Part shown: positions 1 through 11,128 of the stretch, piece by piece
Numbering within the stretch: the first letter of the stretch is position 1
Layout of the letters: each line of letters opens with the position of its first letter
Assembly: GCA_963851265.1 (NCBI GenBank)
Contig: CAWKNZ010000007.1
Coordinates: 32,001 to 96,000 of the forward strand
Reading direction: 5' to 3'
Origin: an uncultured Gemmatimonadales bacterium
GTDB lineage: Bacteria; Gemmatimonadota; Gemmatimonadetes; Gemmatimonadales; Gemmatimonadaceae
Length of the DNA: 64,000 nucleotides
The notes under the pieces: generated by a model
The model's input: only the letters and a program-made list of their open reading frames with translations
The model's database searches: none
What the model was told of the DNA's origin: nothing
Translations under genes and position numbers: made by a program

Positions 1-2
1 TG

Positions 3-407
3 ATCGCGCGGCAGCAGCAGGACATGTTGGAGCTGTCGACCCCCGTCGTGAAGCTGTGGGACGGCATCCTCGCGCTGCCGATGATCGGCACGCTCGACAG
101 CGCGCGTACGCAGGTGGTGATGGAGACGCTGCTGCAGCGCATCGTGGAGACGGGCGCCGCGGTCGCGGTCATCGACATCACCGGCGTGCCCACGGTGGAC
201 ACGCTCACCGCACAGCACCTGCTCAAGACCGTCACCGCGGCGCGGCTGATGGGCGCGGACTGCATCATCAGCGGCATCCGCCCGCAGATCGCGCAGACCA
301 TCGTGCACCTGGGCGTCGACCTCGCCGGCGTGACGACGAAGGCCACGCTCGCCGACGCATTCCGCGCGGCGCTCGTGCGAACCGGGCAGACGGTCCTCCG
401 CGGCTGA
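3..407 (+). CDS. rsbR: Stressosome RsbR-family STAS protein (5'-truncated by window edge)
   Basis: ELSTPVVKLWDGILALPMIGTLDSARTQ...IDITGVPTVDTLTAQHL...GIRPQIAQTIVHLG is the RsbR STAS signature; frame is open to the window start. Confidence 0.9.
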   Translation: MARQQQDMLELSTPVVKLWDGILALPMIGTLDSARTQVVMETLLQRIVETGAAVAVIDITGVPTVDTLTAQHLLKTVTAARLMGADCIISGIRPQIAQTIVHLGVDLAGVTTKATLADAFRAALVRTGQTVLRG

Positions 408-417
408 GGGCGACGAC

Positions 418-837
418 GTGGAGCGAATTCCGGTGCTCCGGATGGGCGCGCTGCTGCTGGTGACGATCCAGGGGGACATGCACGACCGCCTCGCGCTCGC
501 CCTGCAGGACGACCTCACGACGATGATCGTGCGCACCGGCGCGCGCGGCGTGCTGATCGACATCTCGGCGCTCGACGTCGTCGACAGCTTCATCGGGCGG
601 ATGCTCGCCAACACCGCCGCGATGTCGCGCGTGCTCGACGCGGCGACGGTGGTCGTGGGCATGCAGCCGGCGGTCGCGATCACGCTCGTCGAACTCGGGC
701 TGTCGCTGCCCGGCGTGCGCACCGCGCTGGACGTCGAGCGCGGGATGGCGCTGCTGCGCGCGGCGGACCCCTCCCTCGATCGGCCCGACGCGGCGGGCGG
801 CGCGGGCGGGGGCTGGGGTGCCGACGTACGAGCCTAG
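418..837 (+). CDS. rsbS: Stressosome RsbS STAS protein
   Basis: RIPVLRMG..LLVTIQGDMHD, IDISALDVVDSFIGR (phospho-Ser motif), GMQPAVAITLVELGL; GTG start. Confidence 0.9.
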   Translation: MERIPVLRMGALLLVTIQGDMHDRLALALQDDLTTMIVRTGARGVLIDISALDVVDSFIGRMLANTAAMSRVLDAATVVVGMQPAVAITLVELGLSLPGVRTALDVERGMALLRAADPSLDRPDAAGGAGGGWGADVRA

Positions 838-1294
838 CCGGCCGCGCGGCGTCACCGGCGCGGACGCTGGCGTCGGCGCCCCAGCCCCGGCATCACCCGG
901 CTCGCCCGACGTCGTGCCCTGCCGCACCGAAGCCGACATCGTGGCCGTGCGCCACCTCGTGCGGCGGCGCGCGGCCGAACTCGGCTTCTCGCTCGTCAAC
1001 CAGACCAAGCTGGTGACGGCGGCGAGCGAGCTCGCCCGCAACACGGTGCAGTACGGCGGTGGGGGCACGCTGCACCTGGAGGTGGTGGGCGACGGGCTGC
1101 GTCGCGGGCTCCGCCTCGTCTTCGAGGACCGAGGCCCGGGCATTCCGGACGTCGCCCTCGCGCTGACCGACGGGTACACCACGGGGCAGGGGCTCGGGCT
1201 CGGCATGAGCGGGTCGAAGCGACTCGTGAGCGAGTTCCACGTCGCGACCGTGGTGGGGCAGGGGACCCGCGTGACCGCGGTGATGTGGAAGTGA
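818..1294 (+). CDS. rsbT: RsbT-family switch kinase / anti-sigma-type HATPase
   Basis: DIVAVR..VR..A..LGF, TAASELARN, FEDRGPGI, DGYTTGQGLGLGMSGSKRLV; true start may be further downstream. Confidence 0.9.
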   Translation: MPTYEPSRPRGVTGADAGVGAPAPASPGSPDVVPCRTEADIVAVRHLVRRRAAELGFSLVNQTKLVTAASELARNTVQYGGGGTLHLEVVGDGLRRGLRLVFEDRGPGIPDVALALTDGYTTGQGLGLGMSGSKRLVSEFHVATVVGQGTRVTAVMWK

Positions 1295-2409
1295 ACGCCC
1301 TCGAACCGTTAGGCGCGGGCGGGTGGCCGCCGGGGCAGGTCGTTCCGGTGGACGAGGCGTCGCGCGTGGGCGAGGCGCGGCGCGCGGCCGCGGGGCTCGC
1401 CTACGCGCTCGGCTTCGCGGACACCGACGCCGCGCGCGTGGCCCTGGTCGCGACCGAACTGGCGACCAACCTGGTCCGGCACGCCGTGGGCGGGCAACTC
1501 GTGGTGCAGGCGGCCGAGGGCCCCGCGGTCGAGCTGCTGGCCGTGGATCGCGGGCCGGGCATCGCCGACGTGCGCCGTGCGATGCGCGACGGCTACTCCA
1601 GCGGCGGCACGTCGGGAACGGGGCTCGGCGCGGTCCGGCGTCAGGCCGACGCCGTCGACCTCTACACGCGGCCGTCGGTGTTCGGTGCCGCGCCCGTCGA
1701 CGGCGAGGGGACGGTGGCGTGGGCGCGGTGCGCGCGTCACAGGCGCGCCGGGGAGCCCGGCCCGGGGGCGGCGGTCGAGGCGACGGCGGCAGTGGCCAAC
1801 GTCGCGGGCGTGTGCCTGCCGGTCGAGGGGGAGCAGGCGTGCGGCGACGCCTGGGCCGCAGCGGTCGCGGGGGCGACGCGCATGCAGCTGCTCGTGGTCG
1901 ACGGCCTCGGGCACGGCCCGGCGGCGGCGGCCGCCGCCGCCGCCGCGGTCGAGACGTTCCGTGCGCACGCGGCCGCGCTCGCGCCGGCGGCGCTCGTCGA
2001 GCAGCTGCACGGCGCGCTGCGGGCGACGCGGGGGGCCGCGCTCGCGGTCGCCCTGTTCGACGGGGCGCGCCGTGAGATACGCTTCGCGGGTATCGGCAAC
2101 GTCGCCGGCGCGGTGTACACGCGCGAGGCGGCGGACCTCGGCCGATGGGGCGCCGCCCACATGATGTCGCACAACGGCACCGTCGGCCACCAGATGCGCA
2201 AGGTGCAGGAACTCGTGTACGCGTGGCCCGTGGACTCGTTCGTCATCTTCCACACCGACGGTGTGCGGTCGCGCTGGCAGCTGGACGCGTACCCGGGCAT
2301 CGGCGCGCGCTGTCCGGCGGTGGTCGCGGGCGTGTTGTGGCGCGACCAGCGCCGCGGGCGCGACGACGCGACGGTGGTCGTCGTGGGCGACGCCGCTCCC
2401 GCCCGGTGA
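1291..2409 (+). CDS. RsbT-like HATPase fused to SpoIIE/PP2C phosphatase (RsbX-like)
   Basis: N-term ELATNL..H, DRGPGI, GTGLGAVRR; C-term CGD, VVDGLGHG, TRGAA, GIGNV, HTDG, RDDATV; GTGA overlap with rsbT. Confidence 0.85.
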   Translation: MNALEPLGAGGWPPGQVVPVDEASRVGEARRAAAGLAYALGFADTDAARVALVATELATNLVRHAVGGQLVVQAAEGPAVELLAVDRGPGIADVRRAMRDGYSSGGTSGTGLGAVRRQADAVDLYTRPSVFGAAPVDGEGTVAWARCARHRRAGEPGPGAAVEATAAVANVAGVCLPVEGEQACGDAWAAAVAGATRMQLLVVDGLGHGPAAAAAAAAAVETFRAHAAALAPAALVEQLHGALRATRGAALAVALFDGARREIRFAGIGNVAGAVYTREAADLGRWGAAHMMSHNGTVGHQMRKVQELVYAWPVDSFVIFHTDGVRSRWQLDAYPGIGARCPAVVAGVLWRDQRRGRDDATVVVVGDAAPAR

Positions 2410-3946
2410 CGCGGGTGAGCACCGCGACGCGGCCGGCGCGCCCGGCCGACGGCAGCGCGACGATCCTCAGCGTCGACCTGCGTTATGCGGAAGACGTCGT
2501 GCTCGCGCGTCAGCGGGCGCGGCAGATCGCCGCGCTGCTCGGGTTCGAGGGGCAGGACCAGACGCGACTCGCGACCGCGGTGTCCGAGATCGCGCGCAAC
2601 GCGTTCCAGTACGCGGGCGGCGGCCGCGTGTCGTTCGCCCTCGCCCCATCCGCGGCCGCGGCCGGCGGCACGGCGGAGAGCGCGGCGGCGAGTCTCGTCC
2701 TTCGCGTCGAGGACTCCGGGCCGGGCATCGCCGAGCTCGACGCGATCCTCGCCGGGCGCTACCGATCGAGCACCGGGATGGGCGCGGGAATCCGCGGCGC
2801 GCGGCGCCTGACGGACACGTTCGCCGTCGAGACCGCGCCGGGGGCGGGGACGCGCGTCGTGATGACGCGGCGCGTGCCGGCGCGCGCGGGCGTGGCGACC
2901 GCCGCGACGCCCGAGACCGCGGCGCGGCTGGCGGAGGCGCTCGCCCGGCAGGTGCCGCGTGGGCCGCTCGAGGAGGTGCAGGCGCAGAACTCCGAGCTGC
3001 TGGCCACGCTCGACGCGCTCCGCGAACGGCAGGCCGACGTCGAGCGCCTCAACGCGGCGCTCGCGGAGGCCAACGTGGACCTCGCGCGCACCAACCAGGA
3101 GCTCGCCGAGACCAACCGCGGCGTGCTCGCGCTCTACGCCGAGCTCGACGACCGGGCCGAGGCGCTCCGGCGCGGGTCGGAGCTCAAATCGCGCTTTCTG
3201 TCGGACGTGAGTCACGAGCTGCGCACGCCGCTCAGCTCGATCGTGAACCTGACGCGCATCCTGGTCGACGACCCCGGCGCGGCGTTCGGCGCGGAGCAGC
3301 GGCGCGCCGTCCAGTTCATCCGGAAGTCGGCACTCGGCCTCACGGAGCTCGTCAACGACCTGCTCGACCTCGCGAAGATCGAGGCGGGGCGGGTCGAGTT
3401 GCGCATCGCGGAGTTCACCGTCGCCGACCTGCTCGCCGCGCTCCGCGGCGTGTGCCGGCCACTCGTGACGAGCGACGCGGTCGCGCTGCGCATAGACGAG
3501 CCCGCGCCGCTGACGCTGCTCACCGACGAGGGGCGGCTGTCGCAGGTGCTGCGCAACCTCGTCGGCAACGCGCTCAAGTACACCGACGCGGGCGAGGTGC
3601 GCGTGACGACGACGCGCGAACCGGACGACGCCGTGTGCTTCGCGGTGCGCGACACCGGAGTCGGCATCCGGCCCGAAGACCTCGAGCGCGTGTTCGACGA
3701 ATTCGTGCAGGTCGAGGGCGCGCACCAGCGGCGTGTGAAGGGGACCGGCCTCGGGCTGCCGCTCTCGCGCAAGCTCGCCGGACTGCTCGGCGGCACCGTG
3801 TCGCTGGCGAGCCACCCCGGGCGGGGCTCGGAGTTCTCGCTGCGCGTGCCGCGCGTGCACCCGTCGTTAGACCCGACGCGCGAGCCGCCGGCGGTCGTGC
3901 GGGAGCTGTCGGAAGCGCGCGGGCAGCTGCGCCGGGAGGCCCAGGC

Positions 3947-3950
<4 letters not shown>
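2406..3950 (+). CDS. Histidine kinase with N-terminal RsbT-like HATPase domain, coiled coil, HisKA and HATPase_c
   Basis: DVVLARQRAR..LGF, TAVSEIARNA, EDSGPGI; ELAETNRGVLALYAEL coil; VSHELRTPL; NLVGNALKYT, DTGVGI, GTGLGL; GTGA overlap with upstream gene. Confidence 0.88.
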
Positions 3951-5245
<1,295 letters not shown>

Positions 5246-5333
5246 CGCCCGCGCGCGGCGCACGGGGCCCGGGTGCCTAACGTGTCGTCCGGCGCGCGGG
5301 CCGTCCACGCTCCGTTCCTCCCTGACCTCCCCC

Positions 5334-7823
5334 ATGCAGCTCGACCGCCTCTCCCCCGACCTCGCCCTCGCGCTGGAGGACGCCCGTCGCCGGGCCGAGC
5401 GACGCGGCGCGGGCTACATCCAGCCGAAGCACCTCCTCCTCGCGCTGCTCGACGACGGCGGCCCGCTGGAGCGCGAGCTCGGGCCGTTAGGCGTCCGCGC
5501 CGCACTCGCCTACGACGCGGTCTCGCACGTGGCCGACCCGCCGGGCGCGCGCCTCGAGCCCGGCCGCCAGCCGCTCGAGGGGCGCGCGCTCCGCGACCTG
5601 CTCGACGCGGCCGAGCGGCTCGCGACCAAGCGCGGCGAGGCGGACGTCGGGCCGGCCGCCGTGCTCGTCGCGGCCGCGCGCGGCACGGGCGGCGAGGTTG
5701 TCATCGGGCACGCGCTGCGGGATGCGGGATTCACCCCCGACCGACTCACGACGGCGCTCGACGGGGCCGCCGCGCGCGCCGCATCGGCCGCGCACGCCGA
5801 CGCGACGCCCGCGCCGACCGCGCCGGGGAGCGGCGGGCGCGCGGCCGCGATCCCGGCGCCCTCCGCGCCGACCATCCGCGCGACGGCGGGCGCCACGCCT
5901 GCCCGGGGCGCGCCCGCCGGCCGCGCGCCCGACGGGCGCGTGCCCGACGGGCGCGTGCCCGACGGCGGGCAGAGCGGGCTCGCCGCCTACAGCCGCGACC
6001 TCACCGCGCTCGCCCGCGCGGGAGAGCTCTCCCCCGTGATCGGCCGCGATGACGAGACGCAGCAGGTCATCCAGACCCTCCTCCGCCGCACGAAGAACAA
6101 CCCCGTGCTCGTCGGCGACCCGGGCGTGGGCAAGACCGCTGTCGTCGAAGGGCTCGCGCAGCGCATCGCCGCGGGGCGCGTGCCGGAGTCGCTGAAGCAC
6201 GCGCGCCTGCTCGCGCTCGACCTCACCGCGCTCGTGGCCGGCGCCAAGTACCGCGGCGAGTTCGAGGAGCGCCTGAAGGGCGTCGTGGACGAGGTGCGTA
6301 CCGCGCGGGACGTGGTGCTCTTTCTCGACGAGGTGCACACGCTCGTGGGCGCCGGGGCCAACGAGGGCGGGATGGACGCGGCCAACCTGCTCAAGCCCGC
6401 GCTCGCGCGCGGCGAGCTGCGGGCGATCGGCGCGACGACGCACGACGAGTACCGCGAGCGCATCGAGAAGGACGGCGCGCTCGCGCGACGGTTCGAGCCC
6501 GTGGTCGTCGCGGAGCCCGACGACGCAACGGTGCTGCGCATGTTGGAGGGCGCCGCCTCGCGCTACACCGCGCACCACGGCGTCGAGGTCGACGGGGCCG
6601 CGCTCGCGGCCGTGGTCAAGCTCGCGCGCCGCCATCTGCGGGACCGCGCGTTCCCCGACAAGGCCTTCGACGTGCTCGACGAGGCCTGCGCGCGCGTGCG
6701 ACTCGCCGCCGAAGCGCTCGGCACCGCCGCGACCGCGCCCGACCGGGTCGTTCGGCAGGCCGACGTCGCGGCGGTGGTGGCGCGCCGCGCGCGCGTGCCG
6801 GTCTCGCGCCTGCTCCAGAGCGAGCGCGAGCGGTTGCTCACACTCGAGGCGCGCCTCGGCGAGCGGCTCTTCGGGCAGGACGCCGCGGTCGACGCGACGG
6901 CCGACGCGGCGCGGCGCATGCGCGCCGACCTCCGGCGCGTGCGCAAGCCGGCGTCGTTCCTTTTCGTCGGACCCACGGGCGTGGGCAAGACCGAGCTGGC
7001 GAAGGCGCTGGCCGAGGCGCTGTTCGACGACGAGCAGGCACTCGTGCGCATCGACATGGCCGAGTACAAGGAGTCGCACTCGGTGTCGGGGCTCATCGGG
7101 TCGAGGCCCGGGCTCGTCGGCTCGGACCGCGGCGGCTTCCTCACCGAGCAGGTGCGCCGGAATCCCAACTCCGTCGTGCTGTTCGACGAGGTGGAGAAGG
7201 CGCACCCGGAGGTGATGGACCTGCTGTTAGGCGTGCTCGACGAGGGGCGCCTCACCGACGCGCAGGGGCGGCGCGTCGACTTCACGAACACGCTCATCAT
7301 CCTCACCTCCAACCTCGGCGTGCGCGAGGCGGCGCAGGCCGCGCCCGACGACCCGGAGTTGGCGCGCGAGATCATCCTCGGCGTCGTGCAGGCCTCGCTG
7401 CGCCCCGAACTGTTCAACCGCATCGGCGCGGTGGTGCCCTTCCGTTCTCTCGACACGGCGGTGCTGCGGCGCATCGTGCGCAAGCACCTCAAGGGCGTGG
7501 GCGAGCGGCTCGAGGAGGAGTACGACGCGGGGTTGGTGGCCGACGACGACGCGGTCGCGCGCCTCGCGGAGTTGGCCTACGACCCCGCGTACGGGGCGCG
7601 GCCCGTGGAGCGGACGCTCGAGCGCCTCGTGTTGGGCGACCTGGCGCGCGCGGTGCTCGCGGGCCACGTGCAGCCGGGCCACGTCGTGCGCATCGTCCGC
7701 GAGAGTGACGGCGTCCTCGTGCTGGCCGGGCCGCCGGACGAGGTCACCGAGCGAGCCGCGCGCATCCTCGCCGCAGCCGCCGGAACCCCGCCCGGCACGT
7801 CGGCCGGCACCTCGCCGCGGTAG
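5334..7823 (+). CDS. Clp/Hsp100 family double-AAA+ ATPase (atypical)
   Basis: Clp-N domain; [77 protein letters not shown]. Confidence 0.9.
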   Translation: MQLDRLSPDLALALEDARRRAERRGAGYIQPKHLLLALLDDGGPLERELGPLGVRAALAYDAVSHVADPPGARLEPGRQPLEGRALRDLLDAAERLATKRGEADVGPAAVLVAAARGTGGEVVIGHALRDAGFTPDRLTTALDGAAARAASAAHADATPAPTAPGSGGRAAAIPAPSAPTIRATAGATPARGAPAGRAPDGRVPDGRVPDGGQSGLAAYSRDLTALARAGELSPVIGRDDETQQVIQTLLRRTKNNPVLVGDPGVGKTAVVEGLAQRIAAGRVPESLKHARLLALDLTALVAGAKYRGEFEERLKGVVDEVRTARDVVLFLDEVHTLVGAGANEGGMDAANLLKPALARGELRAIGATTHDEYRERIEKDGALARRFEPVVVAEPDDATVLRMLEGAASRYTAHHGVEVDGAALAAVVKLARRHLRDRAFPDKAFDVLDEACARVRLAAEALGTAATAPDRVVRQADVAAVVARRARVPVSRLLQSERERLLTLEARLGERLFGQDAAVDATADAARRMRADLRRVRKPASFLFVGPTGVGKTELAKALAEALFDDEQALVRIDMAEYKESHSVSGLIGSRPGLVGSDRGGFLTEQVRRNPNSVVLFDEVEKAHPEVMDLLLGVLDEGRLTDAQGRRVDFTNTLIILTSNLGVREAAQAAPDDPELAREIILGVVQASLRPELFNRIGAVVPFRSLDTAVLRRIVRKHLKGVGERLEEEYDAGLVADDDAVARLAELAYDPAYGARPVERTLERLVLGDLARAVLAGHVQPGHVVRIVRESDGVLVLAGPPDEVTERAARILAAAAGTPPGTSAGTSPR
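5927..5965 (+). repeat. In-frame 15-nt tandem repeat (PDGRV x~2.6) in Clp linker
   Basis: gcccgacgggcgcgt twice plus gcccgacgg. Confidence 0.85.
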
Positions 7824-7831
7824 CGGTTTGG

Positions 7832-8317
7832 CTAGCCGCCCAACTCGGTGACGATGGCGTCGACGCCCGGCCAGCCGTCGCGGCTGTAGCGGGCGAGCGT
7901 GCGGAGGTAGCGCACGCCCTCGTCGCCGTGCGCGGCGCGAACGGCGTCCGCGCCGCGGCGTACCGCGTCGGCGTCGGCGTACGGCGGCGTGAGGTGTTCG
8001 GCCATCACGCCGTTCGCGTGCGGCACCCCGGCGGCGTCGAGGAAGGTGATCTGCGTGGCCGGCTCGAGCTCGACGTAGAGCAGGTGCAGGAGGTCGAGTT
8101 CGTCCTGCGCGGTCTCGGCGTTGAGGCGGACGACCTCGCGCGCGAGCCGGTCGACGGGCCAGGACTGGACCGTCACGGCGCGAAAGCCACCGCCGCGCGC
8201 GACGACGCGCTGCGTGTAGAGTGCGCGCGCGGCGCGCCCGCCGGTGCTCAGGGCGTGGCCGACGAGCGCGACGCGCCGCGCCGCGGGCAGGGTGCGGTAG
8301 GGGGAGGGGAGTGCCAT
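7832..8317 (-). CDS. Hypothetical protein, 161 aa
   Basis: ATG-started ORF filling the gap between clp and the hydrolase, with native-looking composition (LLHLLYVELEP..Q..FLDAAGVPH.NG); no function recognised. Confidence 0.7.
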   Translation of the reverse strand: MALPSPYRTLPAARRVALVGHALSTGGRAARALYTQRVVARGGGFRAVTVQSWPVDRLAREVVRLNAETAQDELDLLHLLYVELEPATQITFLDAAGVPHANGVMAEHLTPPYADADAVRRGADAVRAAHGDEGVRYLRTLARYSRDGWPGVDAIVTELGG

Positions 8318-8432
8318 TGCTACAAGGTAACGCGACCCGTAGCGAGCTCATGGCCCGTGGCGTGCTTGCCGTGCGCGCCGGCAGACGCGCGATCGCGCGC
8401 GCCGCGCTCCCGCTCTCCCACCGCCGCTCACG

Positions 8433-9263
8433 ATGCCCTATCTCAAGACGACCGCCGCCCCGACGACCGACATCTACTTCGAAGACGGCGGCGGCTCCGG
8501 CCAGCCGGTCGTGCTCATCCACGGGTGGCCGCTCTCACTGCGCTCGTGGGAGAGCCAGGCCAATGCCCTCATGGCGGCCGGCTACCGCGTGGTCGCGTAC
8601 GACCGCCGCGGTTTCGGGCAGTCGGGGCACGCCACGGGCGGCTACGACTACGACACGTTCGCGTCGGACCTGAACGACGTGCTGAACGAGCTGAATCTGA
8701 CGAACGCGGTCATCGTCGGGTTCTCGATGGGCGGCGGCGAGGTCGCGCGCTACATCGGGCGCTACGGCGAGAACCGGATCGGCAAGGCGGTCCTCGTGTC
8801 GGCCGTGACGCCCTACCTGCTCAAGACGGCGGACAACCCGGACGGCGTCGATCAGGCGACGTTCGACCAGATGGTCGCCGGCGTGACGAAGGACCGCGTC
8901 AACTTCCTCGCCGACTTCATGCCGGCGTTCTACAAGGGCGGGTTGCTGGCGCCCAAGGCGAGCGACGACGTGATCGCGTTCTCCAAGTCGCTCGCGTGGG
9001 TGGCCTCGCCGCTCGGCACGCAGCGCTGCGTCGTGGCGTTCAGCGCGACGGACTTCCGGGGCGACCTGGCCAAGTTCACGGTGCCGACGCTCGTCGTGCA
9101 CGGCGACGGCGACCACACCGTGCCGATCCAGTTCTCCGGCGAACGCGCGGCCAAGCTGGTCAAGGGCAGCCGGTTCGAGGTGATCAGCGGCGCCCCGCAC
9201 GGCCTGACCGCGACGCACGCCGAGGAATTCAACCGGATCCTGCTCGACTTTCTCGCGAGCTGA
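8433..9263 (+). CDS. Alpha/beta hydrolase, non-heme haloperoxidase/arylesterase family
   Basis: PVVLIHGWP, YDRRGFG.S, GFSMGG nucleophile elbow, HGDGD, GAPHG. Confidence 0.9.
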   Translation: MPYLKTTAAPTTDIYFEDGGGSGQPVVLIHGWPLSLRSWESQANALMAAGYRVVAYDRRGFGQSGHATGGYDYDTFASDLNDVLNELNLTNAVIVGFSMGGGEVARYIGRYGENRIGKAVLVSAVTPYLLKTADNPDGVDQATFDQMVAGVTKDRVNFLADFMPAFYKGGLLAPKASDDVIAFSKSLAWVASPLGTQRCVVAFSATDFRGDLAKFTVPTLVVHGDGDHTVPIQFSGERAAKLVKGSRFEVISGAPHGLTATHAEEFNRILLDFLAS

Positions 9264-9405
9264 CCGGTTGGGCGTGGGCGTGTGACGCCTCCGGCACGCG
9301 CGCCGGCGTGCGCGTCGTTAACGTGTCTGGAGGACGGCGCGGCGCGCCCGATTGGGGGCGCCGCCGCCGGTGACCGTCACTGCCGAGCGAACCGCGAGGA
9401 TCAGG

Positions 9406-11112
9406 GTGCAACCAGTCGTGCAGCCGCCGGGGCGCGAGCCCCTCGAGTATGACGCCATCGTTGTCGGGTCGGGGATTTCAGGTGGTTGGGCCGCAAAGGA
9501 GTTGACCGAGAAGGGGCTCAACGTGCTCATGCTCGAGCGCGGCAAGAACATCGAGCACATCAAGGACTACATCAGCGCGACCAAGGCGCCCTGGGCGTTC
9601 CCCCACCGCGGCGGCCGTACGGTCGCGATGGAGGACGCGTACCCGGTCCTGAAGCGTGATTACCCGCTGAACGAGAAGAACCTCGACTGGTGGGCGAGCG
9701 ACAAGGATTCGCCGTACACCGAGGTCAAGCGCTTCGATTGGTACCGCGGCTACCACGTCGGCGGCCGCTCGCTCATGTGGGGACGCCAGAGCTACCGGCA
9801 CGGCGACCTGGACTTCGAGGCCAACGCGAAACAGGGCGTCGGCACCGACTGGCCCATCCGCTACGCCGACATCGCGCCGTGGTACGACTACGTCGAACGC
9901 TTCTCGGGCATCTCGGGGACGCGTGACGGGCTCGCGCAGCTCCCCGACGGGCAGTTCCAGCCGCCCATCCCGCTCAACTGCGTGGAGGAGGCCGCGGCGG
10001 ACAAGGTGAAGGCCAAGTTCGGTGGCGCGCGGCGCATCATCCATTCGCGCACGGCGAACGCGACGCTCAAGCTGCCAAACCGCTACCCCTGCCAGTACCG
10101 CGACGCCTGCTGGCTCGGCTGCCCGTACGGCGGCTACTTCAGCACGCAGTCGTCGACGCTGCCGGCGGCCGCGGCCACCAAGCGGCTCACGCTCAAGCCG
10201 TTCGCGATCGTCACCGAAGTGCTGTACGACAAGGACCGCAAGCGCGCGACGGGCGTGCGCGTGCTGGACGCGGTGTCGAATCAGACGACGGACTACAAGG
10301 CCAAGATCGTCTTCCTCTGCGCGTCGACCATCAACTCGACGTGGCTGCTCCTCCGCTCTGCGACCGACGTGTGGCCCGATGGGCTGGGCAGCAGTTCGGG
10401 CGAGCTCGGGCACAACCTGATGGACCACCACTTCCGCGTGGGCGCGTCGGGGCGGATCGAGGGGTCCGACGACAAGACCACCTACGGGCGTCGTCCGTGC
10501 GGGTTCTACATCCCGCGCTTCCGCAACGTGGGGCACGACAAGCGCCCATACCTGCGCGGCTTCGGCTACCAGGGCAGCGCGAGCCGCGACGGTTGGTCGC
10601 GCGCGGTGGCGGAGCTCGGCATCGGCGGGGAGTTCAAGGACATGGCGGCCGAGCCGGGCGCGTGGCGGATGGGCGCGACCGCGTTCGGCGAGATGCTCCC
10701 GGACCATCGGAACACGGTCACGCTCGACAAGACGAAGACCGACAAGTGGGGGCTGCCGGTGGTCGCCCTCGACTGTCAGATCCGCGAGAACGAGCAGTTG
10801 ATGCGCAAGGACATGGGCCCCGACATGGCCGAGATGCTCGAGGCGGCCGGCGCGAAGGACATCCACGTCTACAGCGGCGATTACGCGCCCGGGATGGGCA
10901 TCCACGAGATGGGCAGCGCCCGCATGGGCACGAGTCCGAAGAATTCGGTGCTCAACAAGCACAACCAGGTGTGGGACGCGCCTAACGTGTTCGTCACCGA
11001 CGGCTCGTGCATGGCGAGCACCTCGTGCGTGAACCCGTCGCTCACCTACATGGCGCTCACGGCCCGCGCGGCCGACTTCGCGGTGAACGAGCTCAAGGCC
11101 CGCAATCTCTGA
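9406..11112 (+). CDS. GMC oxidoreductase, flavoprotein subunit (glycoside/glucose 3-dehydrogenase-like)
   Basis: YDAIVVGSGISGGWAAKEL, GGRSLMWGRQ, LGHNLMDH, IHEMG.ARMG, NPSLTYMALTARA; GAGGA RBS before GTG 9406. Confidence 0.9.
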   Translation: MQPVVQPPGREPLEYDAIVVGSGISGGWAAKELTEKGLNVLMLERGKNIEHIKDYISATKAPWAFPHRGGRTVAMEDAYPVLKRDYPLNEKNLDWWASDKDSPYTEVKRFDWYRGYHVGGRSLMWGRQSYRHGDLDFEANAKQGVGTDWPIRYADIAPWYDYVERFSGISGTRDGLAQLPDGQFQPPIPLNCVEEAAADKVKAKFGGARRIIHSRTANATLKLPNRYPCQYRDACWLGCPYGGYFSTQSSTLPAAAATKRLTLKPFAIVTEVLYDKDRKRATGVRVLDAVSNQTTDYKAKIVFLCASTINSTWLLLRSATDVWPDGLGSSSGELGHNLMDHHFRVGASGRIEGSDDKTTYGRRPCGFYIPRFRNVGHDKRPYLRGFGYQGSASRDGWSRAVAELGIGGEFKDMAAEPGAWRMGATAFGEMLPDHRNTVTLDKTKTDKWGLPVVALDCQIRENEQLMRKDMGPDMAEMLEAAGAKDIHVYSGDYAPGMGIHEMGSARMGTSPKNSVLNKHNQVWDAPNVFVTDGSCMASTSCVNPSLTYMALTARAADFAVNELKARNL

Positions 11113-11128
11113 CCCGAGGCTGATCCCC

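Noticed and set aside
5275..5492. GCCTAAC...GTTAGGC pair matching integron attC cores (RYYYAAC/GTTRRRY)
   Set aside because: About 210 bp apart and overlapping the clp coding start, with no L boxes, cassette array or integrase; better explained by the dispersed motif.
5334..7823. Clp ATPase as ClpV of a type VI secretion system, or as canonical clpB/clpC
   Set aside because: No tss genes in the window; lacks the M-domain and ClpP loop needed for clpB/clpC, so no symbol was assigned.
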